Shown piece by piece: positions 57,234 through 64,000 of a stretch of 64,000 bases of DNA (the stretch's first letter is position 1; each line of letters starts with the position of its first letter). The stretch is from contig CAXXMD010000002.1 of the NCBI GenBank assembly GCA_963675755.2, forward strand, positions 160,001 through 224,000, read 5' to 3'. The translations under genes were made by a program, and so were the position numbers. The notes under the pieces were generated by a model that was not told the origin of the DNA, ran no database searches, and saw nothing but the letters and a program-made list of their open reading frames with translations. The stretch comes from a bacterium. Lineage in GTDB: Bacteria > Zhuqueibacterota > Zhuqueibacteria > Residuimicrobiales > Krinioviventaceae.

Positions 57234-59776
57234 TATCACTATTAACTCTATTCAGTGTTCAGGCAGGATTTTCAGCAAAAACGCAATTGAATATAGTCCC
57301 TTATCCGCAAGTGATTGATTTTCAATCCGGCACGCTTGAATTGAATAATGGACCTGTTGATATTAATTTAGGAACGAAAAAAGGTGTTGATCTGGAATTT
57401 GAAGTTCAACAAGCCAAGCAAGCGTTTGCATCAACTAATCCTGCAGGTAACAAAGAAACTGTACTCTGGATGGGATTGTTTGGAGAACACAAGCAATTTG
57501 ATGAGCTTTGCAAAAAACATGGTATCACTCGGGATGAGCGTATCGGCAACGAAGGCTATGTTCTGCTAATCAACAAAGATTTGATTGCCATTGCGGCAAA
57601 TTCATCAGCAGGAATCTTTTATGGGATCCAGACTCTCAAGCAGATAATAATGGATAAGGAAAATGAAAACGAATTGCCTTGTGTCAAAATCACTGACTGG
57701 CCGCAGTATCGCTATCGTGGAATGATGGATGATATAAGCCGTGGCCCTGTGCCAACGCTGGCATTTATGAAAAATCAGATCCGGCGTTGTGCAGAGATGA
57801 AAATTAACATGCTCATGTATTATATCGAGCATATTGTAGAGACTGAAAGCCATGGTGATTTTGCTCCGGATGAAGCATCTATTACTATACCGCAGTGGAA
57901 AATGCTGTCAGACTATGCAAAGCAGTATCACATTGACCTGGTAGGCAGCTTTCAGTCCCTTAGCCATGGTGAAAATATCCTCAAACATCCCAATTATAAG
58001 CATCTGGCTGTTACTTATCGTATGTTCAATCCCTTACTTCCCGAGACCTATGATTTTTTTAGAGATGTTTATTCTGAGATGATTCCGGCATTCAACTCTG
58101 ATTTTTTTGCCATCAACTGTGATGAATCATGGGATATTGGTGTGGGAGTAACAAAAGAAACCGTGGACCGGATTGGTCTTGAGCAGTTTTTTGTTGATCA
58201 TGTAACCAAACTGGATAATATAGTAAAACCTTTTAATAAGCGCTCAATTGTATGGGCCGATATTCCGCTTGAACATCCCCAGATTTTGGATATGCTTCCC
58301 AAGGACATAATTCTCGGCGCCTGGGAGTATTCGCCCCTGGAATCTTATGAACGTTATTTAAAACCCCTGTACGATAAAGGATTTGATATTATAATAACTC
58401 CCGGAGTTTTAAATTCTACTCGCTTAATGCCAGATCTGATCATGGCCCACGATAATATTAAATCTTTTATTGAGGCGGGTGTAGATTATAATGCCATGGC
58501 CACTCTGGTAACCGTATGGGATGATGGCGGTATGGCCTTGTTTTCAAGAGATTGGTACGGAGTTGCATATTCTGCCGAAAAGTCATGGAATGTATACGGT
58601 GAAAACCGGGCCCCATTTGATGTTCGCTTTAATAAAACCATTTACGGTATGTCAAACACAGCTCTGACAGATGCGATCAGGGTGATAGAAAAACTTGCAT
58701 ATTTGCCACCCACACAGGAACTGAACGAGAATGTTTTGTGGCAAAAGATTGTTCCTGATTCGGGACGTACATTGTTTTTACGTACTGATTATTGGGACGA
58801 AATTTCGTACATCTGCGATCAAACTGATCAAGCTCTCGAGTTGGCTGATGCCGAACGCTTTGCAGTTGATCTTGATTATTTTGATTTCTCTGTTGCACAG
58901 TATCGTTACCTGGCACAAGCGAGGAAAAGAATGCTGCAAGCGGCACGTGAATATGATAAAGCGTATCTGATTCAGGATAAAGATGTCTTTAAAGCCCGAG
59001 AACACTTGCTGATTGCCAAAGATTGTATTCATAACAATATAGCTCAATTGTCAGAAATAAAAGCAGAATACGAACGACTGTGGCTTATTGAAAACAAAGT
59101 TTGGTGGCTGGATAATGTTTTGACCAGGTATCAGTCAGTATTGGACGCTTATCAGGATGTGCAGCGGCATCTTGTAAACGCGCTTGCAAAACTGGATGTT
59201 AACCAAAGCTTGCCTGTACCCGCAGATTGTCGGCTTGATATCGTTGAATCAAATGGTGATTATTTTCAAGAGTGGATGATAACCGGTCCTTTTGAAAATA
59301 ATGCCGGAGCAAATGGAACGGATGTCGATTTTCTTATTGAAACCGGTGGAATTGAAAATACGGAACCCATTGCGGGTCAAACTTTTCCAGCTCCTGATGG
59401 ACAACCGTACCGGTGGAGTAAATATCATTCACCCGAGTTTGGGGTGATTGATATTACACAAAAAATTGGTTATGCCGAAAACGCTGTTGCATATGCAAAT
59501 TGTCGCATTTATGCTGACAAAGACCAAACAGTGACAGCATCTTTTGCATCTGATGATGGAGTGGATGTTTATTTGAATGGTAAACAGGTCTATTCTAAAC
59601 GAGGTGAAAGAAAATTTTCACCAGATCAGGATAATGTAAAATTACATTTGAATAAAGGCACCAACTATGTAATTCTGAAATTATTTCAGGGTACTGATGA
59701 TTGGAGATTTTCCTTTCAACTTTTAAGCGAAAATGTTAAACATCATAAATACAAATATACATTGCTCAATAATTAG
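57215..59776 (+). CDS. GH20-like beta-N-acetylhexosaminidase-fold protein with C-terminal PA14-like domain
   Basis: IVPYPQ, EGYVL, GIFYGIQTLKQ, ITDWPQYRYRGMMDDISRG, INCDE, WADI; WMITGPF...SDDGVDVYLNG. Confidence 0.78.
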   Translation: MSRFILISLLTLFSVQAGFSAKTQLNIVPYPQVIDFQSGTLELNNGPVDINLGTKKGVDLEFEVQQAKQAFASTNPAGNKETVLWMGLFGEHKQFDELCKKHGITRDERIGNEGYVLLINKDLIAIAANSSAGIFYGIQTLKQIIMDKENENELPCVKITDWPQYRYRGMMDDISRGPVPTLAFMKNQIRRCAEMKINMLMYYIEHIVETESHGDFAPDEASITIPQWKMLSDYAKQYHIDLVGSFQSLSHGENILKHPNYKHLAVTYRMFNPLLPETYDFFRDVYSEMIPAFNSDFFAINCDESWDIGVGVTKETVDRIGLEQFFVDHVTKLDNIVKPFNKRSIVWADIPLEHPQILDMLPKDIILGAWEYSPLESYERYLKPLYDKGFDIIITPGVLNSTRLMPDLIMAHDNIKSFIEAGVDYNAMATLVTVWDDGGMALFSRDWYGVAYSAEKSWNVYGENRAPFDVRFNKTIYGMSNTALTDAIRVIEKLAYLPPTQELNENVLWQKIVPDSGRTLFLRTDYWDEISYICDQTDQALELADAERFAVDLDYFDFSVAQYRYLAQARKRMLQAAREYDKAYLIQDKDVFKAREHLLIAKDCIHNNIAQLSEIKAEYERLWLIENKVWWLDNVLTRYQSVLDAYQDVQRHLVNALAKLDVNQSLPVPADCRLDIVESNGDYFQEWMITGPFENNAGANGTDVDFLIETGGIENTEPIAGQTFPAPDGQPYRWSKYHSPEFGVIDITQKIGYAENAVAYANCRIYADKDQTVTASFASDDGVDVYLNGKQVYSKRGERKFSPDQDNVKLHLNKGTNYVILKLFQGTDDWRFSFQLLSENVKHHKYKYTLLNN

Positions 59777-59786
59777 GAGAGAGATT

Positions 59787-61031
59787 ATGAAGACTGTAAA
59801 CCGTGTCACAGCATTGCTATTATTTGTTTTTGTTATAACTGCTTTAGGCCAAAAGGGTGATGAAGAGAAAAAACAGGCAATTATTTCTGCAATTCATGAT
59901 GGTGCAAACTATGCTTGTGATGTATTGCTTGATGAGTCCGGGAAATCACGTTGTGACTATAATTTGTTGCAAGGTAAATGGTTTGTTTACGAGGCACCCT
60001 GGCATACCGGTCAAATTATTTACGGATTGTTGCGTGCACATGATGTGACCAATACCCAAAAATATCTCGATAATGCAAAACGTGCAGGTGACTGGTGGGT
60101 AGGACTCGAGATCAAAGACCACCCTGTATTAAAAGGGATGGTTAACTCTATTCATGGTGATTACATTGAAGACCAGATTGTTTTTGCTACTACATCGGAT
60201 GGAACCGCAGGTTTATTCTATCTTTATAATAAAACAGGTGATGTTAAATATGCGCGTATTCCCACTCAGGCTGGTGCATGGATGCTGGAACACATGTATG
60301 TTCCTTCTCATGGTGTTTTTTATGATGTAGTAGATGCTAAAACCGGCCAGGTTTTAAAAGAAAATAGCCCGTTTTGGGAAGGCAAAGAAGACCAGAAACT
60401 TTATGACGTCTCTCGCCCAAACAATGAAGGGTCTTTGTTCAAGGACATGTATGAATATTCTCATGATGAAAAATATAAAAAAGTTTTTATTGAATTGTGT
60501 GAGAGTCTGGTTAAAAAGCAGGGACCGGAAGGATTATGGATGGATTTTATGCCTAATGATAAGGAATCCGGTTCTTTCCATCCTCGTTTTAATCTCTGGT
60601 ATGCGGAATCTCTGCTTGAAGGTTATGAGTTGACAGGTGATAAACGATATCTGGAAGCCGCTTTAAAAACAGGCAGGCTGTACTCAAAATTTCAACAAGA
60701 TGATGGTACTATTTATTATAAAAACTATCTTGATGGTAAAACAAACCGCAATTCCATTTCCGGTTCTACGGTTGCGTTTGCCGGAATGGTATGGCTGCGA
60801 TTATTAGAGTATGGAGTTGGTGAAGAGTTTAAAGAAAATATAGAGAAATCTTTGGAATGGACACTGATTAATCGTTTTTCAAATGATCATCCGGATAAAA
60901 ATCTGGCAGGTGGTTTTTTCGAAATACGTACACGTCGCAAAGATGGATTGTGGATTACTTTGCGTGACATTGCAACAAGCTTTTCGCTTCGCTTTTTAGC
61001 AGATTATCATGATTACTATTATGCAAAATAG
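59787..61031 (+). CDS. Secreted (alpha/alpha)6-barrel protein (AGE-epimerase/GH76/GH88-like superfamily)
   Basis: Signal peptide; helical repeats TQKYLDNAKRAGDW, TGDVKYA, YELTGDKRYLEAA. ATG 59787 follows AGGAG; the ORF track starts at 59733. Confidence 0.62.
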   Translation: MKTVNRVTALLLFVFVITALGQKGDEEKKQAIISAIHDGANYACDVLLDESGKSRCDYNLLQGKWFVYEAPWHTGQIIYGLLRAHDVTNTQKYLDNAKRAGDWWVGLEIKDHPVLKGMVNSIHGDYIEDQIVFATTSDGTAGLFYLYNKTGDVKYARIPTQAGAWMLEHMYVPSHGVFYDVVDAKTGQVLKENSPFWEGKEDQKLYDVSRPNNEGSLFKDMYEYSHDEKYKKVFIELCESLVKKQGPEGLWMDFMPNDKESGSFHPRFNLWYAESLLEGYELTGDKRYLEAALKTGRLYSKFQQDDGTIYYKNYLDGKTNRNSISGSTVAFAGMVWLRLLEYGVGEEFKENIEKSLEWTLINRFSNDHPDKNLAGGFFEIRTRRKDGLWITLRDIATSFSLRFLADYHDYYYAK

Positions 61032-61079
61032 ATAATGATAAAGTATTATCTGGAATTAATGATTAACAAAGTCATGTCG

Positions 61080-61111
61080 AAAATCCTCTGATTTCCATCA
61101 GGGGATTTTTT
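61080..61111 (+). terminator. Rho-independent terminator
   Basis: AAAATCCTCTGAT-TTCC-ATCAGGGGATTTT followed by Ts. Confidence 0.75.
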
Positions 61112-61160
61112 CATTCTTTAAGACCTGTCTTGATTTTATTCATATTTCTGATTATCCAAC

Positions 61161-61189
61161 TTGAATACAGAGTGGATTATCATTATATT
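61161..61189 (+). promoter_or_regulatory. Candidate sigma70 promoter for the GH2 gene
   Basis: TTGAAT-N17-TATATT downstream of the terminator; the AT-rich background lowers significance. Confidence 0.4.
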
Positions 61190-61242
61190 CCAATAATCAA
61201 GTATAATTTGTAGTATTGTTGTAGTGAATTGAGGACAGAATT

Positions 61243-63669
61243 ATGAATTTCAAATTTCCAGTTATTCTGGTGATTTTATTATCCATTCAATTTTGTTTTG
61301 CTTCTGAACGAATCGTCACAGAACTGAATACGGCAAGGTTCATAAAAGGTGAATCTGCATCTGCCTTTAAATCTGATTTTGATGATTCTGACTGGCGGGT
61401 TGTCAAGCTTCCTCATGATTGGGGGATTGAAGGACCGGTAATTCCTGATGGAGATGGAAATACTGCCAAATTGCCCTGGAAAGGAGAGGCATGGTATCGT
61501 ATTCCTTTGCAAATTCCTCAGAACTATGAAGGTAGACAAATATACCTTTTGTGTGACGGTATTATGGCGTTTCCCCAAATATATGTAAATGGTGAACTGG
61601 CTGGCAAGTGGGATTACGGATACAGTTCGTTTTATGTTGATATAACAAAGTTTTTGCAATATGATAAATCAAACAGCCTGGCAATACATGTGGATACCCG
61701 GAATCACGACAGCCGGTGGTATCCGGGAGCGGGCATCTATCGAAAAATTCAAATGATTGCTGTTGATCCTGTACATGTTGACATTTGGGGTGTTCATATT
61801 TCAACCCCAATCATCAAGCCTCACTATGCAGATGTTCGAATTGCTGCGACTATTAAAAATGATACAAATTCTGAAAAGCATATAGCTGTAAAACATACAA
61901 TTTATGATGCAAATCAAATCAAGATTGCGTCAATTGATACCGTTAAACGTATTAATGCAAATTCCAATATCTTGTCTGAAGTAACAATGACTATTACCGA
62001 TCCTGTTCGTTGGGATGTTGATAATCCTCATCTTTATAAAGTGATTACGGAAATAAGTGATGATGAGCATACTTTAGATACGGTATCCAATACTTTTGGT
62101 GTTCGTTCAATGCGTTTTACTGCCGACAATGGGTTCTATTTGAATGATAAACGCGTTCAGTTCAAGGGAGTGAATTTACATCATGGTCATGGTCCCTTGG
62201 GAACCGTGTTTAACAAACAGGCCATGCAGAGACAGTTGGAGATCATGAAAAATATGGGATGCAATGCCATAAGAACGAGCCATAATATTCCCGCTCCCGA
62301 ATTGTTGGATCTGTGTGATGAAATGGGCCTGCTTGTCTTTGACGAGATCTTTGACAAGTATGATGGCAAAGCAGATATTATGGATACGACGAATTTTGAT
62401 CATTTTGCGCATCGTAATATCCGTAATTTTGTTGTCAGGGACCGTAACCATCCGTCTATTTTTATCTGGAGTGTGGGGAACGAGATAGGTGATGTGCAAA
62501 CCAACTATGATAATGGCTTTTTAAAATTGCAGACCATGATCAGTTATGTGAAAAAATATGACAATTCCCGTCCTACAACCCTGGTTTGTGATCAATTGGA
62601 TAATGCCAAAACGCGTCATTTTGATTACTATGATATTCACAGTTGGAATTATGGCAGGCGTTGGAGGCTTGCCCGTCAGCTTGAACCTAATAAAGCTGTG
62701 ATTATTAGCGAATCTGCATCTACCGTGAGCACACGTGGATTTTACGAGTTCCCCTTGCCTAAAGATAGAACCGCGTTTACCAATTCGCTGCAAATCAGCT
62801 CTTATGATCTTTACGCGCCACGTTGGGCAGAGGTAGCAGATGATGATTTTATGTGGCAGCAGGATGAACCCTATATTGCCGGTGAATTTGTATGGACTGG
62901 ATTCGATTATCTGGGTGAGCCTACACCGTATAGGAACGTATGGGTTAAACAGCAGGGAATGACCGATGAGGATGCTTCACGGAGTTCATATTTTGGTATT
63001 GTGGATTTGTGCGGAATTCCCAAAGATCGTTATTACTTGTACAAGAGTTACTGGAAACCGGATGAAACCACTATACATATTCTTCCACATTGGAACTGGC
63101 CAGACCGGATTGGTAAAACGGTCCCTGTTTTTGTGTATACCAATGGTGATTGTGCTGAACTTTTCTTGAACGGAAAGTCTTTGGGTAAACAGTACAAGAA
63201 ACCCAAATCAGAAAATTCTATTGAACGGTTTCGACTCATGTGGAACGATGTGATTTATCAACCTGGTGAAATAAAAGCAGTGGCCTATAAAGCGGGCCAA
63301 CCGATTGGCGAAAACACTGTTGTAACAACAGGAGAACCCTATCGTTTGCGTTTAACTCCTGATCGAAAGGTTATTCATGCGAATGGACAAGATTTGTCAT
63401 ATGTTTTGATAGAAGCTTTGGATAAAGAGGGCAATTGTCACCCCCTGGCAAATAATCTGATCAAGATTGAGATCAGTGGTAATGGCAAAAATGTAGGTGT
63501 TGGCAATGGCGATCCACAATGTATGAGTGAATTCAAGAGTGATACCATTGAACTGTTTTACGGTAAAGCTATGCTCATTGTGCAATCAGAAAAAGATGCA
63601 GGAAATATTACAGTTAAAGCATCTGCTGAAGGATTAAAAGACGCTGATGTTCGTATTAAAACCGAATAG
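61243..63669 (+). CDS. Glycoside hydrolase family 2 (beta-galactosidase-like)
   Basis: LPHDW, SRWYPGAGIYR, KGVNLHH, MGCNAIRTSHN, RDRNHPSIFIWSVGNE, IISE, FVWTGFDYLGEPTP. Confidence 0.92.
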   Translation: MNFKFPVILVILLSIQFCFASERIVTELNTARFIKGESASAFKSDFDDSDWRVVKLPHDWGIEGPVIPDGDGNTAKLPWKGEAWYRIPLQIPQNYEGRQIYLLCDGIMAFPQIYVNGELAGKWDYGYSSFYVDITKFLQYDKSNSLAIHVDTRNHDSRWYPGAGIYRKIQMIAVDPVHVDIWGVHISTPIIKPHYADVRIAATIKNDTNSEKHIAVKHTIYDANQIKIASIDTVKRINANSNILSEVTMTITDPVRWDVDNPHLYKVITEISDDEHTLDTVSNTFGVRSMRFTADNGFYLNDKRVQFKGVNLHHGHGPLGTVFNKQAMQRQLEIMKNMGCNAIRTSHNIPAPELLDLCDEMGLLVFDEIFDKYDGKADIMDTTNFDHFAHRNIRNFVVRDRNHPSIFIWSVGNEIGDVQTNYDNGFLKLQTMISYVKKYDNSRPTTLVCDQLDNAKTRHFDYYDIHSWNYGRRWRLARQLEPNKAVIISESASTVSTRGFYEFPLPKDRTAFTNSLQISSYDLYAPRWAEVADDDFMWQQDEPYIAGEFVWTGFDYLGEPTPYRNVWVKQQGMTDEDASRSSYFGIVDLCGIPKDRYYLYKSYWKPDETTIHILPHWNWPDRIGKTVPVFVYTNGDCAELFLNGKSLGKQYKKPKSENSIERFRLMWNDVIYQPGEIKAVAYKAGQPIGENTVVTTGEPYRLRLTPDRKVIHANGQDLSYVLIEALDKEGNCHPLANNLIKIEISGNGKNVGVGNGDPQCMSEFKSDTIELFYGKAMLIVQSEKDAGNITVKASAEGLKDADVRIKTE

Positions 63670-63791
63670 ATGTTAAATTTGAAATGGTGTTTTTAATTAT
63701 TCCTAGAGTCAATTCGTTTGAAATTTTTATGAATTTTTGGAAATATTTTGTATTTTTAAACAGTCAATAAAATATTGAATCGAGGAAGTAA

Positions 63792-64000
63792 ATGAGTAAA
63801 TATTTGGATTTAAAACGACGGGTTTATGAATGTAATATGGAACTACCGCGTCATGGTGTTGTTATCTATACTTTTGGGAATGTAAGTGCAATTGATCGTG
63901 ATGCAGGTGTTATGGCAATCAAACCCAGTGGCGTCAGTTACGATAAAATGCAGCCCGCGGATATGGTTATTGTGGATCTGGATGGAAAAATAGTAGAAGG
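63792..64000 (+). CDS. araD: L-ribulose-5-phosphate 4-epimerase (class II aldolase fold), 3'-truncated by the window edge; absent from the ORF track
   Basis: Manual translation [51 protein letters not shown]...; SD GAGG. Confidence 0.88.
   Translation, partial: MSKYLDLKRRVYECNMELPRHGVVIYTFGNVSAIDRDAGVMAIKPSGVSYDKMQPADMVIVDLDGKIVE

Noticed and set aside
1-64000. CRISPR array, IS/transposase, integrase, rRNA
   Set aside because: No regularly spaced repeats or recognisable mobile-element or rRNA sequence seen by eye.

Overview
A 64-kb, AT-rich bacterial carbohydrate-utilisation region with about 37 genes, all on the + strand except one regulator. Seven secreted proteins carry the (Q/G)N(Y/W)PNPFN...K(M/I)xLx C-terminal sorting tail (Por/T9SS type A / FlgD-like). 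Together with strong Shine-Dalgarno use and the lack of SusC/SusD, this suggests a non-Bacteroidia FCB lineage such as KSB1, Calditrichota or relatives (inference). Contents: FecR, three TonB-dependent receptors (TBDRs), two PL6-like lyases, GH141-like, two GH28, heparinase II/III-like, PL22-like, GH20-like and GH2 enzymes, two Tat-exported Gfo/Idh/MocA oxidoreductases, a secreted NagA-like deacetylase, NagB-like, esterases, an SSS symporter, three Nramp-like permeases and the start of araD. The best candidate for an undescribed system is a SusD-less import module present twice: a TBDR followed by an acidic beta-helix protein with a GDLNWFP motif and a sorting tail. In both copies the partner gene has an orphan AGGAGG 76-78 nt upstream and a U-less hairpin downstream. 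A 71-bp non-coding element (61/71 identical, TGTTAA-N3-TGTTAA-N9-TTAACA) occurs twice, 21.3 kb apart: before the second TBDR and beside a membrane-anchored winged-helix regulator. Also seen are a degenerate 3' tRNA(CAT) remnant and a GH28 gene with two apparent simple-repeat frameshifts. No CRISPR, integrase or transposase was seen. All calls come from manual motif recognition; no database search was run.
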